Assembly: GCF_006345805.1 (NCBI RefSeq)
Contig: NC_043004.1
Location: 59,830,001 to 59,894,000, forward strand
Origin: Octopus sinensis
Taxonomy: Eukaryota
DNA length: 64,000 nt
Reading direction: 5' to 3'
Below the pieces are notes generated by a model. The model was not told where the DNA came from, made no database searches, and was given only the letters and a program-made list of their open reading frames with translations. A program made the position numbers and the translations under genes. Within the stretch, counting starts at the first letter, position 1; the number at the start of each line of letters is the position of its first letter. Shown here piece by piece: positions 40,300 to 52,138 of the stretch.

Positions 40300-40331
40300 C
40301 TCTGTGCATATATATATATATTATATATATA

Positions 40332-40386
<55 letters not shown>

Positions 40387-40437
40387 ATATATATATATAT
40401 GTATGTATATATATATAATATATAATATATATATATA

Positions 40438-40492
<55 letters not shown>

Positions 40493-40500
40493 TACATATA

Positions 40501-40537
<37 letters not shown>

Positions 40538-40750
40538 TACATATATATATAAATATATTCATATATATATATAATATATATATATACATATATATACATA
40601 TATATACATATATATATACACATATATATATATATATATCTATATATATATATATATACACATATATATATACATATATATATATATACATATATATATA
40701 CATATATATCTGTATATATATAATTATATATATATATACACATATATATA
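40300..40750. repeat. Long imperfect (TA)n/(TACA) tract
   Basis: Direct reading. Confidence 0.97.
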
Positions 40751-41779
40751 AGTGCATGTGACTATGTATGAGACGTGTGCGTATTTCTGCTGTATATGTA
40801 TACGTAGATATATACACACATATACGTGGTACATATATATGTGTGTGTGTGAGTGCTTTTATCGGGTACGTGTTGGGCGTTCGTATGAGTAGTTGCACTA
40901 GCATCCTGCGCACGGAGCTTCTTAACTGACACATAAAAGCCATACCTACCTAGCAACACATGTTGCGTCAATCGATCCGTCAATCGAATATTTCTGCAAC
41001 CACTTTATATAATATAATTACTCAATAGTTTCCTTCCTATAGCGTGGTGCATACATCAATTTGTATTTTTCGATAATTATTCATATATATTCGCGTATAT
41101 TATTATTGAATTACAATAACTGCACGTGACGACCATTATTTAAAACGTCAACCTAATTAAAAGGCTTAATGGCTGATACCTAATGGAATGTTAAAGTTCA
41201 TTTTCTTTAATATATAGTCAAATCCTACGTGAAATAGCCAGTCACAGGTCTTTACTTCAGTGGGGTTTGGTATTTTTACAAACACGGACGTACATACACA
41301 CACAGTCATACGTAAATGCACACGCACATATGTACACATGTATTTACCTCTCTCCGGACAAATACACATACACACTCAAAAACACGTGCGTATAAACGTA
41401 ACGATATCCACGCTTTCACGCTGCGTGTGATGATACTATATATGCGCGTATGTATTTTTGTGAGTGCTATGTATGTGAGGGAGAGAATCGAACAAGTTAG
41501 TAGCACTCGAGAATGAAGGTGATGTGTGTGTGAGAGTGGTAGTGTACGGGTCTGAGAACATATGATTTGCGTGTGTTTGTGTGTGTGTGTGTGTGTGTGT
41601 TTGCCTGTGTGTGTGTACGACCGTGTTTGTCAATGTGGTTGAGAAGTCTTTTGAACATGGTAGGATATTGAAACGCGTGCCTGCCTGTGCGTGTATGCAC
41701 AGTAGACATGAATGTTCTGTGGGGTGAGGTGTATGGGAGTTAATGATATCAATAATTATAATTAATAATCAGGTATATA

Positions 41780-43150
41780 ATTACTGAATAGAGACTTGGC
41801 TAAAGAAACCGAAACGTAAGAATACAAATACCTTGCTATACTAGAGTTCAGCGAAATAATCGGGAAGGAAATGAAAGAGCAGCTAAGGATCCGAAGTCTG
41901 AGGTTGGTGTTGCGTTCAGAATTGACTGTGTACAATAAAATCCAAGCGGTTAACACGTGGGCGATAGCATCACTTCGCTATGGAACGGGAATTATAAAAT
42001 GGCAAAAGAAAAATGGGAAAAATAGATTCAAGGACCAGAAAAATTTTGATAGTACACCGAGCCTTCCACCTTAAGAGTGACACCGATAGTCTGTACTTCT
42101 CTGGAAGAAAGGGTGGAAGTAGTTTAATCAGTTGCCTAGACTGTATCGAAGCTGAGGAAAACAGCTTAGTGTGGTATGTAAATATGCCGTGGAACCACTG
42201 TTGAAACACATAAAGAAAGCCGGCGCCATTAAAACTGAAAATTGTGTTACTAAGGAAAAATTTAAAGTAGAAATGAACCCAAAAAAGGAAGAAAAAGCAT
42301 GGAAGGAAAAGAAAATGTACGGTCAGTTTGTGAACACCAACACAGATGGTGTTTGTGAACACCAACACAGATGGTGTTTGTGAACACCAACACAGGTGGT
42401 TTTGGATGAGAAGAAATGACCTGAAAATAAAGACAGAAGCACGCATATGCACAGCTCAAGAACAAGCGTTAAGGACCAACTATATGGAGACAAGACAACA
42501 CCGCCGACAGCGACAAATGCAGAATGTGTGGTGAGAGGGGTCAAGCGGTATGGTACACCGTTAGGGAATTTCCGAAATTCGCACAACGCAAGTACAAAAA
42601 ATGCCATGACAATGTGGCAAGAATAATCCATTTGGAGCTCTGTGGAAATCACCACTTAGAAAGAGCAAACAGGTGGTATGAGCAAACCCCAGAGGGAATC
42701 ACCAAAACTGAGAATAGCAAAATCCTGTGGGATGCAATGATCCAGACCAGATAATGTTGTAGTGAATAGACAAACAAGGAACAGGTATGATAATCGACAT
42801 AGTATGCCCCGGTGACGAGAGGATCAACGTGAACGAAGACAAAATGAACTATGACGATTTGAAGTGGGAAATACGAAGTATGTGGTCAATGAATATACTA
42901 CACGTGATACCAATATTAATTAGTGAACTTGGAGTTATCAGCACTCAACTACGAATTTGACTGAGAAAGATCTATGCAAATGTGAATGTAGAGCACCTAC
43001 AAAAATCAGCATTGCTTGGAACTGCAAGAATCCTTCGCAGTATTCTTGGAGCATCACCAGTAAACAAGTATCACCTTAGTCTGCTGGCTGCGGACAGCGG
43101 CCACTTTCCCTCATACCCAGCAAAATAAGCTGAGATTTCATATAATATTA
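41780..43150 (+). mobile_element. R4/Dong-type LINE family D, decayed (RT C-end to RLE, 3'UTR)
   Basis: YKYLAILE, VLRSELTVYNKIQAVNTWAIASLRYG, TRKIL..HRAFHLKSDTDSLY..RKGG, TEARICTAQEQAL, CRMCGE...HDNVARIIH, KILWD, LLGTARILR. Followed by (TAA)n at 43155. Confidence 0.88.
42327..42400. repeat. 25-bp tandem triplication inside family D
   Basis: tttgtgaacaccaacacagatggtg three times (third copy imperfect). Confidence 0.93.
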
Positions 43151-43152
43151 TT

Positions 43153-43216
<64 letters not shown>

Positions 43217-43266
43217 GCCTTGATGCAGTACCAGGCAGTGGCTCACATGGCTTATAATAATAATAA

Positions 43267-43822
43267 ATGCCCTGATGCAGTACCAGGCAGTGACTCACAT
43301 GGCTTCTGATCTTAACTGATTGGAAGTGTTATCATGTACATTGTTTTGTCTTGGTATAAAAGACGGGCTACAGCAAATATTCTGCTCAATACCACAGATT
43401 TGCTTGTCAAATTTTTGACGTTAACCAGTTGAGCATGTCCCTTAGTGGCTGACGATATGTGCATCTCTGATCACGAGCAGAAGTAGTGGGGGACCATCAT
43501 AGCCATGTGTTGAGAAGGATTCTTTGGGGTTTGAATAATTCACCTCTGGAAACATGGGTGGTTCTTTCAACATCCTCAAACAACCCTTATTCAGGGACCT
43601 TTTGAGCGGGATGGGCTACTCAACCTGAAGAAAATTCTAAATGGGCCTCACCTGCAAGGTCATGTGCTGTTTATCTTGATATGAGATCACCATGTCGCGC
43701 ACATATGGTTGTGATGCATGTGCCTGGTGTACCCTTATCAGACGGGTAGTCATGATGGGTATATTGGGCTTCGTATATTTTATCCCAGTGTCACTTTGAT
43801 GGCATGCACTGCTCTCTCACTC
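43267..43822 (+). mobile_element. Element E copy 2 (longest), preceded by a 39-bp duplicate of its 5' end at 43215-43253
   Basis: atgccctgatgcagtaccaggcagtgactcacatggcttctgatc...ctgctctctcactc+(AAT)n. Confidence 0.92.
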
Positions 43823-43944
43823 AATAATAATAATAATAATAATGATAATAATAGTAGTATTAGTAATAATAATAATAATGATAATAATAATATTAATAGT
43901 AGTAGTAGTAATACTACTACTACTACTAATAATAATAATAATAA

Positions 43945-44475
43945 GGCTCTCATGGCTTCTGATCTTAACTAATTGGAAGTGTTATCATGTACATTGTTTT
44001 GTCTTGGTATAAAAGATGGGCTACAGCAAATATTCTGCTCAATACCACAGATTTGCTTGTCAGTTGTTTGACCATAACCAGTTGAGTATGTCCCTTAGTG
44101 GCTGACGATATGTGCATCTCTGATCACGAGCAGAAGTAGTGGGGGAGCATCATAGACATGTGTTGAGAGGGATTCTTTGGGGTTTGAATAACTCACCTCT
44201 GGAAACATAGGTGGTTCTTTCAATATCCTTAAACAACCCTTATTCAGGGACCGTTTGAGCGGGATGGGCTACTCAACCTGACGAAAATTCTAACTGGGCC
44301 CCACCTGCAAGATCATGTGCTGCTTATCTTGATATGAGATCACCATGTCGCGCACATATGGTTGTGATGCATGTGCCTGGTGTACCTTTATCAGACGGGT
44401 AGTCATGATGGGTATATTGGGCTTCGTATATTTTATCCCAGTGTCACTTTGATGGCATGAACTGCTCTCTCACTC
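43945..44475 (+). mobile_element. Element E copy 3
   Basis: Starts ggctctcatggcttctgatc, same 3' end, (AAT)n on both sides. Confidence 0.92.
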
Positions 44476-44517
44476 AATGATAATAATAATAATAACAATA
44501 ATAATAATAATAATAAT

Positions 44518-44935
44518 GCCAACAGACCAGATATAGTTGTCAGAGATCATGAAGAAAAAAAATGCTTTCTAATTGATGTATCAATACCGGCAGATGACAA
44601 CGTGTCTCTAAAAGAAATGGAGAAACTCTCAAAATACAAAGACCTGGAAATAGAGGTAACTAGAATGTGGAATCTGAAAACAGAAACAATTCCTATCATA
44701 GTAGGTGCATTAGGCATGATAAAAAAATATTCAGACAAATACATAACAAAAACACCAGGACTTACAAACACATATAACATACAGAAAATTGCACAACTAG
44801 GCACTGCACACATCCTACGCAGAACACTTTCCATACAATAACCATCAGAGCATCACAACAAATCACCGCACATACCCAAGGCACACAGAGCTGCGCTCGG
44901 TAGTGAAGTGAAAGCACGCTATAAAAATAAATCTG

Positions 44936-44939
<4 letters not shown>
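44518..44939 (+). mobile_element. R4/Dong-type LINE family A, short 5'-truncated copy
   Basis: Near-identical to the reverse complement of 209-630. RLE end is open: KEMEKLSKYKDLEIEVTRMW...GTAHILRRTLSIQ. (TAA)n on both sides. Confidence 0.93.
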
Positions 44940-45019
<80 letters not shown>

Positions 45020-45040
45020 AAGAACAATAATAGCAACAAC
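44939..45040. repeat. (TAA)n turning into (GAA)n then (CAA)-like triplets
   Basis: Direct reading. Confidence 0.95.
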
Positions 45041-45245
45041 AAAAACAATCATAAAAATGATAGACGACCGCAGAGAGATAAAGAATAACAGGGTAAGTTG
45101 GAAGTGTTTTAGAAAAGAGAGGAGGAGTGTTAAGTCGAAACGATGTGTGATTTCGTAGTGTGGAAATATACCATTCCTCCTGGCAAAGTCCGGTGGTTGT
45201 GACGCAAGTGGTGTAAGGCTGGGCATACGCTTATATGCAAGCATA

Positions 45246-45332
<87 letters not shown>

Positions 45333-45768
45333 ATACATGTATTATTCATTTAAAGGTTACAATACATGTATTACAGCGCTACCATAGTTTCATATGTTGA
45401 GGGGAAAAAATCTCCTCACATACAAAGATGGCCTTAAGCAAATTAACTTCAATGTAATGTTCAATGTACTAAATTCGTTAACAGACCGGAAATTAAGTTC
45501 AAACGTTTGTAAGTATGCGTATATATATATATAATAACAAAGGGTAAAATTAATTAAGAAGTAATCAATAACTTCACCAAGTAGAATTCGGCATGAAAAA
45601 GGACCATTTCACGGTAAAATTAAGTAATACTTTATAATTAGGGTTCAGCAAAGATTTGCTTTACCACATACCGAAGTTTAGAAATAACAGCCAAAAAATC
45701 TTAGCTATTTCTTCTACTTTAAAAAGGGACTCCCAGAAAAACCAATGTATGTACGTATGTACGTTTGC

Positions 45769-45851
<83 letters not shown>

Positions 45852-46038
45852 TGAGACAGTGTGCACGCATACTTCATGCAATAGAATGTGCAAATCTTTC
45901 GCCGGTCTCAAGAGTCATAGAAGGGCCTCACATTATTTTCAATGAATCTTCTTAGCAATGGTTTTACTCGTACTATATTTAGGTAGTATATGTGTGTAGA
46001 TACAATATGTAGGTAATATATGTATGTATATGTAGGTA

Positions 46039-46082
<44 letters not shown>

Positions 46083-46155
46083 AAGTAAGTTTTTATATAT
46101 AGCTATAACGCGAAACTCTATAACCCTTTGCTTGATCTTCCCTTCCTTCCTTCCT

Positions 46156-46189
<34 letters not shown>

Positions 46190-46194
<5 letters not shown>

Positions 46195-46892
46195 TTCTCA
46201 TCTCTCTCACAGCCGCTTGTCTTCCTCTATCTCTCTATCTCTCCCAATCCTCCTCATCTCTCTCACAGCCGGGCGACCACTTCCTTTCGCTTGCGGCCTC
46301 CTAACAGTGAACACGCTTTCTTCCTGCGCTCTTAAAAACTCTTTCCTCGTCTAAGCCAAAAAAGGTTCTCATTGTTGGTTTTCTTGTTTGTTTTTATTTC
46401 TTGTATTGTATTTTTTTGTAATTGTATTTTTATTTTGTATTTTATTTTGTATTTTATTTTGTAATTTTATCTGTATCGTTTTTACGTCCTGTTTTTGTCA
46501 CATTTTTTTCTTTCCTTGTTTTTACCCTTCTGCAAAGGAATTTTATTTAATTCTTTCGTCGTGTTCTGTCCTCACCTTCGAAACACGCATGGAGTCGTAC
46601 TAGGGACAGCTGATGAAGGGGATTTTTCCTTGTGTTGTTTGTCTTGTACTCTGTTTTTTCGTTGTTAAAAAAAGGGTCCTTTTCCATGTTTGTTTTTACG
46701 TTTTCGTTTCTCGTTGAGTTCTACGTCTATTTGTGGTGTCCTGTACTCACGTATATATATTTATATATGCATGTATATATACATGTAGATGTAGGTACGT
46801 ACATATATGTATGTATGTGTGCATATATTTTATTTATTACACTAATGTATGACTGAGCGCCCTCGCGTCGTTTCGTTTGCTCCAAGTAAGTT
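46190..46892 (+). mobile_element. P1-family (Penelope-like by inference) non-coding relic between microsatellites
   Basis: 46640-46890 matches the palindrome arm at 30762-31000; carries ccttcgaaac...ctgatgaagggg at 46575-46621. Confidence 0.65.
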
Positions 46893-46952
46893 TTTATATA
46901 TATATATATATCTATATATATCTATATGTATCTATATATATATATATATATA

Positions 46953-47197
46953 TCTTTTACTCTTTTACTTGTTTCAGTCATTTGACTGCGGCCATGCTGG
47001 AGCACCGCCTTTAATCGAGCAACTCGACCCCGGGACTTATTCTTTTGTAAGCCCAGTACTTATTCTATCGGTCTCTTTTGCCGAACCGCTAAGTAACGGG
47101 GACATAAACACACCAGCATCTTTTGTCAAGCAATGCTTGGGGACAAACACAGACACACAAACACACACACACACACACACACATACACACACATATG

Positions 47198-47234
<37 letters not shown>

Positions 47235-47610
47235 TGAAATGAATAAATGAATTATCTTGTTAAGGATTATTCAAAATTTAACCGATACCTGGGTAGCAAA
47301 AATCACAACAGAAAAAACACGGTTGAAGTTACGACCTTATGGTGTCGCAACCGTGCCTTAGTGCGGATAATTGAAGTTTAATATATTTAGTGAAGGGAAG
47401 AAATGGAGCTGAACGAAGATTCTACAGAATTCCTTTTATTATTTTCTACACATGTTTCAAAGGCCGCAAATTTCCAAATTCGGATTGAATAAGGAGACCA
47501 TTTTGCAGCATTCTCTTCAGGAAAATCCAAAACAAATGCGCAGCAAGGTATTCGAACAAAAGGAGCGTGGTTGGTTAGCAAGTTACTTACCACACAACCA
47601 CTCCTGCGCC
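46953..47610 (-). mobile_element. S1 SINE disrupted by a 330-bp hammerhead-bearing segment at its internal microsatellite
   Basis: Tail half 46953-47160, (CA)/(TA) to 47230, foreign segment 47231-47566, head remnant 47567-47610. Confidence 0.8.
47441..47526 (-). ncRNA. Type I hammerhead ribozyme candidate with intact core
   Basis: Minus: ATTTTC-CTGAAGA-GAATGCTGCAAA-(31 nt)-TTTGCGGCCTTT-GAAA-C-ATGT-GTA-GAAAAT. 6-bp stem I, about 12-bp stem II with one mismatch, GUA cleavage triplet. Confidence 0.68.
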
Positions 47611-47880
47611 TATATATGTAGACACTTTCAAAAGTAAAGTCGAAGTGACTTAAAATGCATAATTATTTATCATTTGCAGTAGAAACAGTTATGTGTGAGT
47701 ACCATATATAAATCAGGAGTATCCCTTTTCCACAATGAAACTCTTCTTCAACTACAGAGTTAAACAGCTTTATGTATAGAAATATTGATAGAGTCGTCAT
47801 ATTCTTCCACGTTGTCAAAATGCTGAGTATGGCCTCAGAAATTGCTCAACACACGTTCAAATATATAATATATAAATGTC

Positions 47881-48680
47881 TCTTTTACTCTTTTACTTGT
47901 TTCAGTCATTTGACTGCGGCCATGCTGGAGCACCGCCTTTAGTCGAGCAATTCGACCCCGGGACTTATTCTTTGTAAGCCCAGTACTTATTCCATCGGTC
48001 TCTTTTGCCGAACCGCTAAGTGACGGGGGCGTAAACACACCAGCATCGGTTGTCAAGCAATGCTAGGGGGACAAACACAGACACACAAATACACACACAC
48101 ATACTTATATATATATATATACATATATACGACAGGCTTCTTTCAGTATCCGTCTACCAAATCCACTCACAAGGCATTGGTCGGCCCGGGGCTATAGCAG
48201 AAGACACTTGCCCAAGATGCCACGCAGTGGGACTGAACCCGGAACCATGTGGTTGGTTAGAAAACTACTTACCACACATTGTGGAGGCGCAATGGCCCGG
48301 TGGTTAGGCCAGCGGCTCGCGGTTTCGATTCCAAGACCGGGCGTTGTGAGTGTTTATTGAGCGAAAACACCTAAAGCTCCACGATCTCCGGCAAGGGATG
48401 GTGGTGATCCCTGCTGTACTCTTTCACCACAACTTTCTCTCAATTTTACTTCCTGTTTCTGTTGTACCTGTATTTCAAGGAGCCGGCCTTGTCACTCTCT
48501 TGTCACGCTGAATATCCCCGAGAACTACGTTAAGGGTACACGTGTCTGTGGATTGCTCAGCCACTTACACGTTAATTTCATGAACAGGGTGTTCCGTTGA
48601 TTCGGATCAACCGGAACCCTCGTCGTCGTAACCGACGGAGTGCTTCCTCTCTGTACTTACCACACAGCCACTCCTGCGCC
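47881..48680 (-). mobile_element. S1 SINE, full length, interrupted by an S2 insertion
   Basis: Tail at 47881, head at 48666-48680; 13-bp TSD tacttaccacaca at 48266-48278 and 48654-48666. Confidence 0.93.
48279..48653 (+). mobile_element. S2 SINE with tail 1, nested in S1
   Basis: tRNA-like head ggaggcgcaatggccc..., tail ...aaccgacggagtgcttcc; bounded by the 13-bp TSD. Confidence 0.93.
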
Positions 48681-49129
48681 TGTCTGTTAGTATTTACATA
48701 ATATTTTTTTATATGTCTGTGCGTGTATATGCGCATACATGACAAGAGTTACTTAGATATCTACAACTAACTTTCATCGATTTTCTATCGAGTGCTTCAC
48801 GTTTATGGATGTTTCTTTTATATTGTTCTAATATGTCTGTAAAATTGCTTCTCCTGCAGATACCCAACACTATATCAATTAACATATAAAATCCGACGTC
48901 CATATCTACTATATTTTATTTTGTGTTAGTTTAATCTTTCGTCTTGCTAATGTTTTGTGCCACATATTTTCTTTACATCTGACGTCAAATGTGTTCCTGT
49001 TATTAGACCTCATCTGCTAGCAGTTTTCTTTTGAATCGAAGACGGTAAGCTTAAACATTAGAGAGCGTCTGCGAATGTCCGTAAGTTAAATATATATGCA
49101 ATTCAATGCAGATTTATGGCGTTATTTGT

Positions 49130-49510
49130 GGAGGCAATGGCCCAGTGGTTAGGGCAGCGGACTCGCGGTCATAGGATCGCGGTTTCGATTCCAAGACCGG
49201 GCGTTGTGAGTGTTTATTGAGCGAAAACACCTAAAGCTCCACGAGGCTCCGGCAGTGGGTGGTGGTGATCCCTGCTGTACTCTTTCACCACAACTTTCTC
49301 TCACTCTTACTTCCTGTTTCTGTTGTACCTGTATTTCAAAGGGCCGGTCTTGTCACTCTCTGTGTCACGCTGAATATCCCCGAGAACCTCGTTAAGGGTA
49401 CACGTGTCTGTGGAGTGCTCAGCCACTTACACGTTATTTTCACGAGCAGGCTGTTCCGTTGATTCGGATCAATCGGAACCCTCATCGTCGTAACCGACGG
49501 AGTGCTTCCC
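49130..49510 (+). mobile_element. S2 SINE with tail 1, 14-bp TSD
   Basis: atggcgttatttgt at 49116-49129 and 49511-49524. Confidence 0.94.
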
Positions 49511-49680
49511 ATGGCGTTATTTGTTAATGGTTTTGCTACCTAACATCTTCAAAACATCTAAATAGAAAATTTGGGTACAAGACATAAAACATGCTACCGT
49601 ATGTTTGCGCAGCTGAACAGTAACCACTATCAATCTCTTATAGAACTTGACCACACGCCTATATCAGCATCATTATTAAA

Positions 49681-49759
49681 CAGCAGCAGTAGAACCAGCA
49701 GCAGTAACAGTAGTAGTAGTAGTCGTAGTCGTAGTAGTAGTAGTAGTAGTAGTAGTAAT

Positions 49760-49790
<31 letters not shown>

Positions 49791-49861
49791 TTAGTAGTAA
49801 TAGTAGCAGTAGTAGTAGTAGTAGTAGTAGTAGTAATAGTAGTAATAGTAGCAGCAGCAGC

Positions 49862-49915
<54 letters not shown>
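49681..49915. repeat. (AGT)n/(AGC)n trinucleotide tract
   Basis: Direct reading. Confidence 0.97.
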
Positions 49916-49917
<2 letters not shown>

Positions 49918-50859
49918 CAATTCTGGCTGCTATTTCTAAATTTTAGAAGTTCTCTTGCTGCTTCTTCGGAAAGATGTACTGGGACGACGCAGCAAAGGAA
50001 ATCTGTAAAACCTTAGCAGATAGCAGCATACACACGGACACTGCAACGGATTACTATTCACACATGTGTTTACAGTTTCTGTAATAATGCTAATGTTTAT
50101 TCAACTGGTAATCAAGTCAAATTATAAATCAATCACATTATGTATATTTTACGTATATTTTCGAAAACACGAAAACCGAAATGTCACAATTAATCGACTT
50201 GAGTAAATCTGCTTCAATTTTTACACATGTGTTCTTATATAAATCTCTTAATTTACTTAAGAATTGGTTGTTTACGAGACTGCTAGATACAATCATAATG
50301 AACTTCATAAATTAATGTTTCAAGCCTGTTTACATTGAATTGATTTATTCATTTACATTTATTATATTATAAAATTACATTAGTTTTGTGAATAAGAAAC
50401 TATGCCAGACGTACGTCTGTAGCAAATAATACACTTTTACTGGTGTTCCAGTAACCGGAATAACTTTATAGGATATTTCCCTTCTTGAAAATTGTCTGCC
50501 GTCGCGGAAAAAGGAATTATCTAAATCGATAGTTACATGGAAATTATCTGTACAGAAATTTCTATATAAAAATATAAAAAAATAATAACAGTAAATCTCA
50601 TGCTGGTAGCTAAAACTTAATCAAATTTGAGTTACAGTTCTTCTTTCTTTAAGTGATGTCTTCTGCTCGCCCACATCAACCAACTTCAATGAGATTGATG
50701 ATACTCGTGTTAGAATGAGATGCTTCAACGGAAAATTGTATAATAATCAATTTTCGAAAATCGATTATATTTTACATGCTTCTTAATTATAGCCAATACT
50801 TGAATGGTTAATCATACTACACTCCAAGTCAATATAGCACGACGAAATACTGATATACA

Positions 50860-50982
50860 TACATGCACACATACACACATATACATACATACATATAAAT
50901 ATGTATATATATATATATGTTTATATATATATATGTATATATATGTTTATATATATATATATATATAACACTACATACATAT

Positions 50983-51030
<48 letters not shown>

Positions 51031-51056
51031 ATATACATACATATTCCAATAATATA

Positions 51057-51096
<40 letters not shown>

Positions 51097-51133
51097 CAAT
51101 GCATACATATATATATATGTATATATATCTATA

Positions 51134-51178
<45 letters not shown>

Positions 51179-51210
51179 TGTGTGTGTGTGTGTGTATGTA
51201 TGTGTATATA
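50860..51210. repeat. Imperfect (TA)n/(TG)n tract containing a repeated catacatattccaat unit
   Basis: Direct reading. Confidence 0.93.
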
Positions 51211-51886
51211 AATAGCGTGCTCGAAGTCAAGTGGAACATCTCCACTTCATTATGCAATTACGCTTAATTACTCTGCAGGCTTACCTACTTTCACTTTACT
51301 GAAGTCTCAATAGTTTTCTCGAAAATAGTATCCGTATTTGGAACCTGATTCTTACTAACAAACACTCAGAGTTTAAGAGAGTAATCGTAAGCGTCTTACA
51401 AGATAATTACTCAGACAATATCGATTTCGTTTCAGAGACACTCGAAATTGGAAATAAAAGTTTTCTCTTCGATTTATATTGATATTCGATTTACACAGCT
51501 TTGTACAAAACGATTAAAAGGCAAATTTTATAAAATTCATGTTATCTGTTATTTTTTAGCCTTTTCACACTATCATCCTGTGTTTAAATAAGGCAGTAAT
51601 CATTTCATCGATTGAAGTAATAGCAAGCTTGCAATGGACATGACTCCAATATCGAACTCAGAGGAAGGTGGGGATATGCTATACCTTTGCTTCACCTTTT
51701 AGTTTTCTTTCATTTCTCACTCATTATTTTATTTACGTTTTAACAAATATCGATGTTAGCTTCGGCTTTTCTTGCTTTCATTTTCTTACTGCATCTTCGA
51801 CCTGAAAATAATCAACCTTTCAAACGTCTTTCAGAAAGTCGATTATTATAATGTCATTCTGCTCATTACGGATAGAAATATTCTCA

Positions 51887-51917
<31 letters not shown>

Positions 51918-52107
51918 ACACACTCTCTCTCTCTCTCTCTTATCACATATATATATATATATATTATATATATATATATATACATGTGTGTGTATATATA
52001 TGCATATTTATACACGTGTATATTTATATATAAACATGTACATATATATTTGCATTTACACGTATATATATATATATATATGTGTGTGTATGTATATATA
52101 TATATAC

Positions 52108-52138
<31 letters not shown>

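Noticed and set aside
42327-42400. CRISPR-like appearance of short regular repeats, also the element-plus-TAA stacks
   Set aside because: No unique spacers, no cas genes, eukaryotic context
49571-49939. Poly-Ser and poly-Leu ORFs, plus poly-Asn/Ile/Tyr ORFs at 7789, 43071, 44762 and 57266-57693
   Set aside because: Trinucleotide tracts (AGT/AGC, AAT) open in several frames by construction
50653-50786. Strong acceptor-like site followed by a 44-codon open frame
   Set aside because: No donor or homology found; expected by chance in AT-rich DNA
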